Below are positions 38,529-52,438 of a DNA stretch of 64,000 nt, piece by piece. The notes below the pieces were generated by a model, which made no database searches, had not been told where the DNA came from, and saw only the letters and a list, made by a program, of their open reading frames with translations. Numbering within the stretch: position 1 is the first letter of the stretch; every line of letters begins with the position of its first letter. This DNA comes from Podarcis liolepis (lineage: Eukaryota): NCBI GenBank assembly GCA_965112155.1, contig OZ218103.1; one strand, 5' to 3'. The position numbers were made by a program, and so were the translations under genes.

Positions 38529-41470
38529 AGTGCACGTGGCACCAGTGCACGTGTAAAGCAACCTAAAGAACTGAAAGACGAAAACTCATCATAAAGATAA
38601 GGATTATTTCAGCAACGGTATCTTGCAGTTGTGGTCTGACAAAACCTTACTGGCATCCCATCTTTTTCTTGGTTCTTTCTCTGCCGCTGATTTATAGTAT
38701 TGGCATTGGGGTTAGCTTCACCATTCATCCCCTCTTCCCCTTACATCTTTGTATTTTTTTTGGCATACAGCCCAATCCTGGTTCCCCAGACATTTAGATG
38801 CTTTTGCACAAACCTCTCTTTATGAAGCCCACAAGTGCTAGCATGTGTCAGTGAAAGCCAGGCTAAGTTAGCAACATCCTCTTGGGCTCCCAGAGCATTG
38901 TTTTGCCTGCCTGTTTAATTGGTAAGCTGCTAAGAGCTAGGCCTTCTCTTTTATTTGTGCTGTGTATGGCAATGTGAACAGTTTCAGCATTTAATAATCT
39001 CACCCTCTTTGGAGAGTACAAGCACTTTCTAATCCTATCGAATGGTTTGAGAGGAGAGAGGCTTTCAACAGTAAATACAGTATTTCGCATGGGGCTCCCC
39101 CTCGCAGGAAAGTTCTCTATAAGCGTCATTGTGCTCAGTCCTCCTGGTAGTGCAATTGAGCTGGCGCATGTCTGAGCACCACTGCCTGTGTGTCTTCATT
39201 CTTCCTGTAGGAGGGCAACCTTTGGAGACATTCTCTGCTCTGGCCTGTGTGCTTCTTTCCTGTACGTTATTATTATAAATGGATTCAAGCCAACTATTCG
39301 CTCCCAAATTCCTCTGATCTGTGCCCCAGGAGCAGTTCTGGCAACATCTGAGAGCTGTGGAGATCTAATGGCCACTAATGATAACTACTGATTGCCTCTT
39401 ACGCTGCCTGTACAAATTTCACATTAGGCTTTAATAATGGAAAGAGAGAACAAACCATTCTTTACCTCAAGGGCTGAGAGCTGGCGATGGGGACTATCTG
39501 GCTAGTTCCTGCTTAGAAAGTACATGGTAAAGAGTACTTAGATTGAATGGGAAAAGCTCTATAGTTTATTCTTTTTTTCTAAAAAGACAGAGTTTTTAGG
39601 GCCGAACTATGTATAATGCTTATTATGATCCTTGATTTATTAATTGCTTTTTAAGAAACCAACTCTACATGATGTTGAACACTAAATACAGCAATTTCCC
39701 CTTTTAGTGCAACCTTTGCTTCCCCACAAACTGACAGCACCAGAGGCCCAATCCAGATTGGGACCCCAGCATGAAACATTGGGAGGGCTTTGACCCTGTC
39801 CTTTGGATGCGGGGGGCTGTGCCTTTAGTTTGCGCAGAAAATAAAATATTCCACTAGTGCAAGTGTTTCTTTCCCCCCCAAATTTAAAGTACAAGGGGCC
39901 TGTTCTGGATTGGGAACATAGCAAGGAGGAGCAAATGGTTAAAGCTTCCATATTCCCTTTCTCAGGGTCTCAGTTTAGATCAGGCCTCACACTGGCAATT
40001 TGTGGAATAAAACACTTGCACTCAAGGGCAAACTATATGATTTATATGCCATATGTAGACATGAGCTGCCTTGTGATATAAGTTGTAATCCTGGACGTAG
40101 TATGTAGTTAGCTAACTGTGAAGAAGGTGTTTGGTAAAGCGCACTGTGTATGTAGGGCCACTGCCATCCTGCAATATGTTTCCACAAAGTAGAAATTGAC
40201 GGAGCCCCCGCCCTTCTTTTCAGTGTCATTCGATTATTCTATAGCGATAGAACAATTTAAAAAATAAATAAAATCCTACCATATTGCTCACTAGTGAAAG
40301 AGGCTGTATCTGTAGTGTGTGCTGGGCTGAAACATACACAGGTGAATAAATGTTGCCTTGGGTAAAGAGGAAGCTTCAAGAAATGTTTTGGTGGGCCAGG
40401 CAAGCAACTTAATCTGAAGCCCTGTAGCATTGGTTTGCCTTCTGTTCTTGATGATAAAACGCAAGAAGACATTGCTCTGCTGTGTTAAAACTCTGGGACA
40501 ATGTGCTGCACCTGTAAGCCAAGCTCTGCTGATTAACAACAATATCTGCATAGGATGACAGGCCTGTACAACATCCCGTTGCCAAAATGTGTATGTTTTT
40601 AAGGGAGTCAGAAAGAAATTGGCAGGCCTAACAGCAAAAATGACTGTGGCTGGTGCACCTGCTGACAGAAAGTGTTGTCACTTTTCCATAGTTGTCAAGT
40701 GGAGAAGAAAATAGAGCACCAAACTGCCAGCACATCTGGCACAAACTAAAGGTAAGCATCTGTCCTCCAAACTGTCTGGCTTCACCTTAGCCAAGAACAG
40801 ACTTCAGAGAAGAGCTGACAGGTACCAGATGGTGTGAATGAGCCCATAGCTTAGTTGCAGTGGTGACACTGTCAGTCAAATACCCTTAGTTCAGAAACTA
40901 TGTAAGAAGCTGGTTGAGACTGAACCTTATTCTGTATAATAAGTTACATCTTCAAGTGCAGGGATGGGCAGACAGTAGATTGGGATCTGCTGGTAGATCT
41001 CTGGGTGATTAAAAATAAATTGGCAAGGGTATTTGACTCCCAATTGTTAAATAACAGCAGCGACAAAATGACTCACATGCCCTAAATTATACTGCTGAAA
41101 TTATGAAAGATTTGGGGGCAGGGGGTAAGCAGGAGTGGACTTTGTCTAGAAGGACTGTGAGCTCAGTTCAGTTCTGGTACTCAAATTCTAAGTGTATGCC
41201 ATTTGCACCAGACTGGTAGATTTTGGGGTTCTAGTAAAATATCATGAAGTCACAAACCTGAAATCTGCTCTCCCTTGCCCGAGATCATCCCATGGTGATA
41301 ATGCAGCTGGCTGAACATTCACAGAAGATTGACTAACATTGGATCTCCCTGCTGGCCTGGGACAGATTCATCTATTCTAGAATCAGTTCTCTATCTTTAG
41401 TACACATTGAGGAGTGACTCAATAAGCCTGGAGCAAGCCCTTCAGAAAAATATTGAATTGGCAGTTGTAT

Positions 41471-41474
<4 letters not shown>

Positions 41475-41502
<28 letters not shown>
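41475..41502. repeat. (AT)n microsatellite
   Basis: Read directly. Confidence 0.95.
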
Positions 41503-41505
<3 letters not shown>

Positions 41506-43882
41506 TTTTCCAGATTCACAACATTTTAAAGCGTTATTGGGCCAACTACACACACACACACCATGTAATTTTTTTGAAAGAGAAGGTGAAGTAATATTTT
41601 ATACTCTCTGCAGATCTGTCCACGCATTTGTTCGGTACACTGGTCTCTTTATGATGTTGTTTAATTGAGCTGAGGGATAGGTTGTGTTGATATCCAAAGA
41701 CTGAGAATGTCGTGTAGTGAGAACGCATCAAGGAACTGCTGGGAAGGAGCACAGACAGCACCTTTGTTGGCAAATCTCTAGCCTATGGAATTTGTTAGAT
41801 GTTTTGTGTGTCGGGAACATTTTTATTACTCTAATCTACAGTGTTTAATGATCTCTGTGGACACTCTGGACATGGCACTTCCTCTTTTCTTGTGCGATAA
41901 ACTATATAAACTTTGTGTTCTGTAGGGTAGATGTGTTTGGGATTCCAGATCCAGATGTACAAGGGTTTTGGAAGAGGTATGTCCAGCCATTTCACTTTTG
42001 CAATCTGTCTTCCCAAAGAAATGCACAAGAGAGGTTGGAACTGTCCATGTTTATCTCAAATGCCTTCCAACTAACAACCTCACCCTTTCCCACTTCTCTG
42101 TTTTGACCTTTTCCCTCTTCCTTTCCTGTGGAATATAGGTCTCCCAAGTTGCAAATATGTGGAAACATTTTTCCCTTCACTTTCACAAGCATCAAAGGAA
42201 ATATTTCCCCCCTCAGGATCATTGCATAACTATTTGTATTGAGCTTTATGATCCCTTGACAATTAAAACTGTCAAAGACTTTATTATATATAAATGTGGG
42301 TATAAGAAATTATGTGCATGATGGCGAGAAAAGAATTCTTTCAAATTAGAAAAGATTTATTATCCGAAGAGCTACCAAAGTAAACCCCCGTTTGATGCTT
42401 AGAACATAACGCTAAAGATAGAATTGCCACAATGCAATGTAAGGTGTACAATGGAGCAACTGTTAACAATGGATTTTTAACGACCCTTCTGATGATTACC
42501 AAGCAAATCGTGCAGAAGCTAGCAAGAGGAGTGCCTCTACAGTGCAATAAATGGAATTGTAAAGCCTTAAGATTATGGTTTCATATAAAGACATGGCATG
42601 CCTTCCTCTGCATTATGCATTTCCCCCTCCTGTGTGCATCTCTCTTGCTGGGTTTTAGGTATAGAAAAGATGGGCAATTATGCTAGCAGAGATCATTGCT
42701 TGCAATCAGATGCCATTCCAAAGAAGGAAAGTCTTCATAATTAGATGAAAGAGCACAATACTTAAAGCTTTCTGTAGTGAATGTCCAGGATTGAAAACGT
42801 ACTTTAGGATGAATTCCTCTGGGACAATCACACTAAAGCATCTGTCATACAGGGTTGTCAGTTCTTTTTCTCCCCCTTCTATTCACCAGAGTCCAGTTTA
42901 CACATCTGGCTATGTAATTGGGAGTGCTCATTACAAACAGCAAATGCCAACTGCAGCTTACATGGATGTTCTATGTAGCTGTTAGCACGCACATTCCACC
43001 CTACTGGTGCACTTCTGCAAGATCCTCAGAGTCTTAACAGCTGCTGTGCTAAACAGCCATACAAGCCGCTTACTATGGTTGTTGTTGCTATTTAACATTT
43101 GTTTAGCTCCAACAGAAGGGTAAGCATTTACAGGACCCAAATTGACATGGTCCCTGCCCAAAAGGCTTATGTGCCAGGTCAGAGTCAGGCAAACAGGATA
43201 AAATGAAGGAAGGAGACAGGGCTTTGAAGTCACAGGAATAAGGTAGAGTTGGCTGTGACATCTGCTGAACCAAGAGTATCCAGAATTAATTTCGATTTGG
43301 AAGCCCATAGCCTCCAGGAGACTGTAAGAGGTGCATTAATTGTGGTATCAGTCTGAAGGAGACTAATGTTGGAACATTTTGCCTTTATTGTGTTAATTGC
43401 ATAAAGCAAAGGATGAGCTCTGAGTGTTTCCCATAGAGAGTTCTTGCTTCATCAATGATAAAGTAGGCCTGATAGCATGGATATGTTTTTCTTTAATTCT
43501 TCAGTATCTGTACTGTGCACTGAGCACCAGAAAGAATGTGTTGTACCAGTACACCCAGAAATTCCACAATGTTATAGACTCAGTCCTTTGGAGAACATTG
43601 GTGATATTGCCCTGGGCTGAAGAAGAGAGGAGCGGGTGCAGTATTGACTATATATGCAACCCTGACTTCAAATGCAGCCAGACTTGCTTGTAAAATAAGA
43701 TTTGGAATCACTATTCATTGCTTAATTTGCTTTCATTAAAAATAGAGGAAGCAACAACATAGTGTATTCTTTGTCAGGAATGCCCATAAAACAAATGATG
43801 TGGTTGTTACTGCATATTAGATTAAAAAGCTTTAACATATTTATAGATGGTGACCACAGAACAGCTTATAGTGGAGAAAGTA

Positions 43883-44169
43883 TAGTGGTGCCCCGCAAGA
43901 CGAATGCCTTGCAAGACGAAAAACTCACTAGATGAAAGAGTTTTCCGTTTTTTGAGTCGTTCCGCAAGACGAATTTCCCTATGGGCTTGCTTCGCAAGAC
44001 GAAACGTCTTGCGAGTTCTCGCGAGTTTGTTTCCTTTTTCTTAAAGCCGCTTAGCCGCTAAGCCGCTAATAGCCGCTAAGCCGCTAATAGCCGTGCTTCG
44101 CAAGACGAAAAAACCGCAAGACGAAGAGACTCGCGGAACGGATTAATTTCGTCTTGCGAGGCACCACTG
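43883..44169. mobile_element. Tc1/mariner MITE, intact 287 bp
   Basis: TA TSDs at 43881-82 and 44170-71. TIRs tagtggtgccccgcaagacgaa / ttcgtcttgcgaggcaccactg. Internal gcaagacg repeats and an agccgcta tandem array; CpG-rich, suggesting young age. Confidence 0.93.
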
Positions 44170-47142
44170 TATAGCAGAATAGGAGTACTGAGTGGACTGA
44201 AGTTGAGGTGGGGTGCAGTGGGCGGGGGGAGAAAACCCATGTGTGGCATAGCACAGAATGGAAGTGTATACCTTGGGGTAGAAGTGACTGGCTGGCTAAG
44301 GAATTCTGCTTTTGTTTGGGTGTACAGCTGCAGTGACCACAATGAATGCATCATTTCCATGAGTACATAATAATTGATGTCATATTTTCATTGTTTGCTG
44401 AATTCATGCCATCTAGAGTTACCACTTTTGGCCTAGCATTCCTGTTTTCCCATCTTAATTTAGAGTTAGCTTTGCTTATTCAGCAGCTTCTGTTTTATTC
44501 TTGGATTTAAAATCTGGGGTATTTTATTTTAGGATCTTTGAAGAACTAGTGTGAGAGCTGCAGCATAAAGATTGATTCCTCTGAAAAGAGTTACATTTAA
44601 AATTAATCACGAGCACATTTGTAAATTGCTTGTTATGTGTGGTGCTTAAGACTTGAATTTGCTTTTAATGGTTGGGCTGATGCAAGCTCTAGGGGTAGAA
44701 AAGGAGTACGAAGGGTGCTGCCAAGTTTCACTCAAATGTTCACTTGGCAATTCATGCCTAGAGCAGAGTGGAGTAGTGTGAATCCTCTCTCACATGTACA
44801 CAACTGTTCATCTCAAGGCAGCTTGAAGATGCAGCCCCTACATTCAAGAAGTGCTTTCTGTAAACTCCCAGCACTCCTTACGGAACTGTATAAAAGACAT
44901 TGCTGCACCATGATCCAGCAGGGGTGGTTTTATTATTCAAGACACATACAGGCTTTTGCCTTCTGCTTTGGCTCTCCTTAGCTGACATGGGCACCAGAAC
45001 AATGTGGTACACATACTCTGGGGCTTATCTATACACTGTTCAACTTTTAATTTGTTTTCACCATTGCACTAGAAGCTATGCCAGTCATTTCACAAGCGGA
45101 ATCTGCATCAAAATGTTGCAGTTTCGCAAAATGATGCAGTAATTTGTTGTTGTTGTTGTTATGTAACATGTTCTTGTTCAGTGTTCCAGCCTGTCATGCC
45201 TTCTTTAAGTGTACTTTATTCCATTGCCCCTCCCTCCTGGCTTTTCATCCCCTTTCCCCAAACAGAAATTCAGGCCATTAAGCATGCTCAGTCTTCAGTA
45301 GTTTAAAAAATAAATAAATAGGGGAGGGTTTGCTCCCTGCTCTAATCCCTCCCACACACCCTTCTGCAAACCTTGGAATTTTATGAAACCTACTGATGGT
45401 GCTGTATTCCCACCCCCAAGCTCTGTTTTGCCTATATAACCATTATAACTCAGCCCCTCAGTTTGCAATTGGTATATGTGATTTTTAGATCTTTGGCATC
45501 CTATTGCAATCCATCATGCAAGCTCCCTAATTCTTATCTTTCCTTATCTTGTGTGCTCAGGGAATGTTTCAGCAGTTTTATCAGGACTTGCATCCCTATT
45601 TTCAAAGTGCTTCCTATACAATTGTTTAAAACAGTTTGCGGAAGCAAAAGAAGGCAGAAAAAAGTGAGAATTAAAGCACAGATCTACCCTGTTAAAGGTG
45701 ATTTATAAAATGGTTGCTTTAAAACTATTGCTAGGAGACCATTTTTCCCCTTCTTTTTACTTCTCTAGTAGATAAATGGCTTTCCTATTAATTATATTGG
45801 ATAGACAGAGTGAGGTTACTCCTTTAGACACAACTAGTAATGTGGAAATGGGAGGGTGTCACATGTTTTACTCATGGACAAGTGAACAGAGACAGCTTTT
45901 AAATATCCATAAATGGGATCTACAACAAATTGTTGCAGTGGGGTAGGAGCCTGTTCAGGGTGTAGGCTGCTTAACCATGCTCTTTCTAGGATACTGTACT
46001 CCATTTCTTTCTGAGTCTCCATCCCCTTCTGCTTGGTTTTCCATCCCATCTTCCACTACAGTCCCAAGTCGAACCAGCCCCCCAGCATACCCACTATTTT
46101 CAGTGGGAGCTTTCCTCCATTTGCAAAAAACCGTCCCTGAGGGGATATGCCAATCAGGACAGTGGCAGGCAGGAGTTAAAGCTTCCCTCCCCACATGCCA
46201 CGATTCATCCCACCCACACCTGCTATTAATGCCAGGGCAAAGTACGTGAAAATTGCCTCATATTATTTGGCCTTTGAGTCTTAGTAAACTTTTTCTTCAC
46301 TTTGGTTTTTCTTTGGAGCTAAATCAGTATGGGTGCAAATTTGCATAGTACTTGAGGGACTGTGTTCGCCACATCTAATTTTATTTCTGTAACTTCAAAG
46401 CCATGATCCTTCTGTTTCACCTTTATCCTATAATTACTGTTGCTGAAATTAATGTCCATTTGCACTAGCTTCTCTCTTCCCATGCTTTGTGCTGAGTGTG
46501 GCTATTCAAAACTGCTGTACAATAAGCAAGGAGGTATGGAGGCAGTAAAACACAGAAGGGAATCTGGCCCCGTCCTCTGAACTGGCCTTTTAATGTTAGT
46601 TCCCGTGGATACTCTGAACTGCTGTTGATTTAGCTACAGACTGAATTTTATACAAAACCCACCACGGACGAACTGAATAATCTAGCGGTAGAGGGTCTGC
46701 TGGTGAAAATGAGCTTGATGCAGCTTTAGCACTAGAAATGACTGAATGTTCAGTGAGACTGTTGAAATGCAGCCTACTGTACAAGTGAGGTGATGTGTTG
46801 TTGTGCTTGAGAGAGAGGAGCAGAGAGAAAACACATGCTCATCCCCACCCCCACACAAGTGCTAACCCTCATGCATTTGTTCTACTGGAAGAGCTGGCAA
46901 GGGTAATTTCCCCCCTTCCCTTTTCCTCTCAGTGTTATGAATTGTGCTTTGCTGACTTTCACCGCTTCGTAGCAAGAAAGGTCAGGAACCTCATAAACAA
47001 GGTGAGGAGAGAGTTGTGGGAATGCAGAGCAGCAGTCCGGGCCACTGATGCTTTCTGACATTAGAGCACTAATGAATGTTCTTGTCATGGTCCCGTGAAT
47101 ATTTCAGGAAACATTCTCCTCCCATCTTTGCTGGGCCTCCTG

Positions 47143-47156
47143 GTTGCCAAGGTTAC
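47143..47156. promoter_or_regulatory. RFX X-box-like motif
   Basis: gttgccaaggttac; reverse complement GTAACC-TT-GGCAAC fits GTNRCC(N0-3)RGYAAC. Single motif, function unproven. Confidence 0.25.
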
Positions 47157-50100
47157 CTGACAGGACTTTCCTCAGAGAGAGGTAGCTGCAGGTTGGCTGT
47201 TCTCAGCATGCCAGTGAGTGAATTTGCCTGTGAGAATAGCTCAGGGAGAGTTTTCACCTGCATTTCTCTCCCCCCTCCCCCAGGTGCTGCTTTGTCCTTT
47301 CCCTTCCCAAGGGAGGGGTGTGTTTTTTATTTTTAATCTTCATTTTACTGTTGGAGTTGGGATCATATTAATTTTGTTTTGCTTGCATAACCTGGACTGT
47401 TATCGTGTGACTAATTACTTGCACATTTTCCTTCAGACAGCAAATGGGAGAGATAAAGCTTCAGCAGGTTTATGTGATTTCTGCTTATCAAATTACAGTA
47501 ATTATTTGAAGAATGGTTTAAAATGGTAGGGAGTAATGAATTTAATGATTTGCTTGCAGCAAAGCCTTCGTGCTGCGTGGAGCTGACAAACAGCCTATGC
47601 AGAAACTGACATCAAGCAGACATGATAGCAAGATGCTAGTAACACAGGGAGACCCCAAATGGCCACACTCAAGGCTAAGAGCAAAGGGAGGGGTATATTT
47701 TGCAGGACTGTTTAATCGTCGTTCTCACAAGTCAGTTGGTTCTGTCTTTTTCCTTACATAAATCACCATTGGGGCAGCATAGAGGACCTTTACCCTCTGT
47801 TTACTTTTATTTTGTGCATGGGTCCTGCACACACAAACACCAAATATTATGAGGTAAATTACTCATCTGATCAGACAGTAGTTTCCCCTGTTTTTCCGAT
47901 TGTTAAAATTGTTCACAGAAATTTATGGGGGAGTAACACATTGCCAGGGGCAGGTCAGGGAATTCTATAATGTCTGCATCTACCAAGCATTGCCACCTTG
48001 TCATGATTGATAGCAAGGACATACCTGACTTGCTTGTGATTGGACTGTCCACTTGGTACCCAGAGGAGGAAAAAGTTGGAGGTGGCATAGAAAAGGAAGA
48101 GGAAGCATTTTCATGGTGTTCCTTTGGGCCAGCTCAGCCCATTGCAGTGGTCACGGGAACATGTGGTCACAGGAGCATGTGCATGAGATAATAAAAGTGG
48201 AACTCTTTCTAGATGCTCAATTTCTTGATTATATGATTTCTGCTGTCCATGAGCACCACAGCACCCAGAGACACACACCCTACCCTGCACTTCCCCAATT
48301 TTATTTTTCCATTAAAAGCACACCCTCATTTTTTGGTTGTTATTTGCTTTTTTACTTTCGTTGTTGTTTGGCTGAGAGGGGGTTGCATGTTGAATGGTGT
48401 TAACTATATTTCTCTGTTTTTTTGCCTGTTTGAGTGGTGGTGAGGAATATTGCCAGTTTAGTTTCTGTGAAATGGTATTTTATGGTGCTCATAAGAGTTT
48501 CTTAGATTTCCAAATATGCACCTGGGCTGAAAAAGGTTGGGAATCCCAAGTACCAATGTAAGACTTGACCTATAGCCCTGCTCAGTTCCTTGAGGGATCT
48601 GCTCTGTATGTCTTTTGAGGTCTTTTGAGCATGGAGCTACTCATTATCCTTAGGGTAGAGACTATATTCCCCATCTGTAAATGGATAAACATTTCCTAGG
48701 CTACTAAATGTTTAATTCCTTAATATTCTACTGCATATAAGTATGTTATACCTTCTTCAGTGACCAGTTGTGTGTGCATTTTTAATTATTGTTTCCTGGT
48801 AAATGACCCAGAGCCACTTTTCTCCCTGGGAATTCATGAGCTGGACTAAAAGCTCTGTGACTCCCCACCAAGAAATGACAATTTCCTTGGGAAAGAGAGA
48901 TTGAGTAGCAGCCGATGGAGGGCTTAAATTTGTTCCCTTTAAACATTAGGTCAAATACTTGAAGGGCACCCCTGAGTCTTCATCAGTGTTGTTTGTCCAT
49001 CTCCAATTCTGACCCTCATGCTAACCATTTTCTTAAGCATGTGGCTACTGCTTCCTTTTCCTGTCTGCTCAACTTCTCCTGAAGTAGAATTTGCATGTAA
49101 CATATAGCTGGACCTTGAGGAGTGTGACTTGCTTTCAAAACACTCTTCTTAGCTCCTGTCTGAAACCTCAGAGTTAGCTTGCTGTCATTACTCGTCTCTT
49201 CCTTGCAGAAACCTAATGTGTAAAACTGTAACCATGGGTCGTTGCCTGCCAAGCTCCAGGGAGCTGTCGGCTTCTAGGCTATTCGGCATTTAAAAATGAT
49301 AGCTCCCATAAAAGTTTATTGGGCAGCCAGCTTCTGGAAGCTATAGCCCCCTCAACTTCGTACTTAAAAGCAGCAGGATCTTATTGGGAGAATCTGTGGG
49401 CAGCAAGAAGTCCTCATATGCTGTGCAAGTTGCCAGGTTGGCTAAATGGCATTCAGTGCCCTGCCAATTCTTTTCAGGTGATAGGTAGGAGAAGATTATA
49501 AAGTGAGGTGCCCGACGTGGGCTTTCTTGGTATCACAGTTGACATGCAATAGGAAAAAAGCAAGCCACTTTGTGGGTGTGCACAGGAGGTATGAGACATG
49601 GAAATTGCAGCATGGCCAAAGAGCAAGAAGAAGCAAAAGCCCAAGCCCCTCAGTGGCAGTATTGGAACAGATGTCCTTCAAGATAGATGGATTGTACACA
49701 TCATGTAGCTGAACCCCATTGTTTTGGGGCTTTGGAGGAAGAGTAGACTCCTCTTTCCTTAACTGTCATTGGCTAGCTGCTCATATCTGTATGTGGGATG
49801 GGAATAGGAAAATTGCTTATGCCCTGCAGCATATGATTTCATTACTCTTATTGTTCTTAGCTTTTATAGCTGCAAATGTTATTAGATGTCATAAAATTGT
49901 CCAGTCCTTTTAAGTCCAGCCGCAGTATTTGTCTCAATTTGCCAGCACATAAAGAAAAAAACAAAGCCCATCTCAGAATAAATATGAACTTTAAAAAAAC
50001 CAAACCCTAAAATGTGAAACTCGCCCTGTAAATAATGAATAAATTGATCTGTAATAATTTGAAAATGCAGTTTGCTTTAGTAAGATACAGCATTAGACTA

Positions 50101-51037
50101 CCCTTTTCACGTAGTCACAATGAAATCTTGTTTATCAAAGCTTACTGATATATTTTAATTCTAATACACCTTATTCTTTTATATTCGTTTGAGATAGTTG
50201 CTTTGTTTTGATAATTTTCTCAACTTGCAAGTATTATCTGAGACCTAATCTCTTTGTCCCACTTCCCAAAAAGTCGTTCACCATGTCATTTGTTTGGTCA
50301 TTTTGCATCAGAGAAGGATGCACTATGGCCCCTTGCTGTTACCAGGACAAGAGCGTAGCTGAGATTGTGTAGTTGCAAAGCTAAAGAGGGAGGGTGGAAA
50401 AGCAGGAAGGATAAGTGCCGGCATCAAGTTCCCTAGCTCTTCATATTGGTGATTTTGTTTTGTTCTGCTTTTATTGATCATGTATGTATTCTTTTGAGTT
50501 TACAAAATTATTTAGTGATCTTATTTATCCATTCAGCTCTGCAAATGGTGATGCTTAAAAAATTGTAACTTTTCTAAGACAACTTACTGAGCTTTACTAC
50601 ACTTCACCCCAAGGTGGGTACACGTCCATCACTTCCAGGCTGCTTGGCAGGACTACTTGTGGGGGTGAAATTGATGGAGACTTATTCATTACAAGCTGCT
50701 CAGCAGATCACTGATCCATGTGCTGTTGGGCTGTGCCTCTATTTTCTGGGTGGACACATTTCTAATGAACACCTCATGCTTTTCTATTTTGCTTCTGCAT
50801 AAGGCAACTGTGGTCAAGCTCAATACAAGAGACTCATTATTCAAACTCATTCTCCCTGGTGTTCATAAACCACCAGGGATTGCTTCAGTAAGCTTGTGAT
50901 ACAAATTTCAGTGCCAGATCTGGGATACAGGTGGCCATGTATACCAGGTAACTTCCACGGGCATCGGTAATGTTCAAAATTGGCTCATGTGATAGGTGTT
51001 ATGAATCTTCTGGGTTGTCCACATCTGTTATAAATCC

Positions 51038-51174
51038 AACTTGATAGCTCAGGTGGTAGAGCATAAGACATTTAATCTCTGGGTCATGGGTTCAAACCCC
51101 ATGTTGGGGAAAAGATTTATGCAAAAGCTGGACTAGATGACCCTTGTGGACTCTACAATTCTATGATTCTATGA
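51038..51174 (+). mobile_element. tRNA-Lys-derived SINE with CR1 tail (Squam2-like)
   Basis: tagctcaggtggtagagcataagacatttaatctctgggtcatgggttcaaaccccatgttggg resembles tRNA-Lys(CTT), followed by tggactagatgacc...attctatgattctatga. Confidence 0.85.
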
Positions 51175-52256
51175 AATAATGGAAGTCTGGCCTTCTACCT
51201 TTCCAATTCCAAAGGAAAGTGGCATGCTGTCAAGGTCTAGAGTTCTTAGGCTGCTTGAGGAACAGCCCTTGGTGAGCCGTTACTCCATTAATAGAAAATA
51301 TAATGCGAATATATGACAAGATGGTATGTCTAGATACAAAAGCAATGCATTCTTCTTCTTCTTACCTCAGGCTTCAGACTCCTCTCAGGACGTTAACTTT
51401 AGAACTGGAAGTCTTAGATTTAGGGTATGGCTGCCCACAGTCTTGATCAAGATTGTAGGTAGACCATGGTCTTACAAGACAATGGAGATATCTAAGCTAA
51501 ACGTTTCTCTCTGTGTATTCTAGGGTTAAAGGTTTAAGAATAGGATTCTCAGTCCCTCTTGGTTTGTTCTTTTTCTTCATGAGGGCATTCAAATATTGAT
51601 GACTGCTCTGTTACCAGAAATCTGAGTCTATCTAAAAACCAATAAAACTATGAGCTGCATTATATATAGACTAATATTGGGCATTTTAATATCACATGCA
51701 GGTATTCTACCTTGTAAGTTTTTACTCAGAAGTTACTATGCATAAATTCCATTATGTTAATATTTCACTTAATCAGTATTTCCCCAGAAATAGCTATTGA
51801 AAGAAAAAAATTGACAAAGCTATTAACTAGAAACACATAACTATTTTTGCACTTCTCTCTGTACACTAGATTTCCTTGTAAAATACTTTTTTCCATTCAC
51901 TTACTGAGGGCGTTCACTTGCTGTGGTACCACTGGGATAAATCTTTTCAGTGTCTGGCTCTTATGTATGTCAGTGAGCTAGTTCAGGCACAGTTCTGTTT
52001 GAACTTTTGTATATCAAATAGTCAATGAACTTCACTCAAAGTGCTTGCTAACGAAACCACCCTGATTATCTGTGTTCCACCACGCTGTACATCAAACAAG
52101 GATCTGAAAGGGAAGGGTGGAACTGTTTCATGCCTTTAAAGACTAGAGAGTAAAGGCTGTGTGACAACCTCCTCTCTAATCTAGGATCTGGATGTGGTTA
52201 AAAATCTGATTGCTTACACTTCGGTTTTGATTTGGAAATTTATTAACTGTTCTTCA

Positions 52257-52438
52257 TGTGCATCAAAGTTTACAATGCACCTTAAATGGCTGTGTATCTA
52301 AAAGATTAAACTGAATCAAGGACAGAACTATTAAGGTGTGTAGAAATTGTGCATCAAAGTTTAGAATGCACCTTAAATGACTGTTTGCATGAAATATGAA
52401 GTTAAATCAAGGGCAAAGCAATTAAGGTGTATAATGAT
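52257..52438. repeat. Tandem duplication, 2 x 91 bp
   Basis: tgtgcatcaaagttta[c/g]aatgcaccttaaatg[g/a]ctgt starts at 52257 and 52348; both units end ...aatcaagg...attaaggtgt. Confidence 0.9.

Noticed and set aside
43883-44169. Regularly spaced gcaagacg repeats resembling a CRISPR-like array
   Set aside because: These are short internal repeats of a TIR- and TA-bounded MITE in eukaryotic DNA, with no cas genes.
51038-51110. tRNA-Lys gene
   Set aside because: The acceptor stem and anticodon are degenerate and it runs into a CR1 tail, so it is a SINE head.
52270-52290. Minus-strand taaggtgcat matches the 5' end of miR-18
   Set aside because: The match stops after 10 nt and there is no miR-17-92 cluster context.
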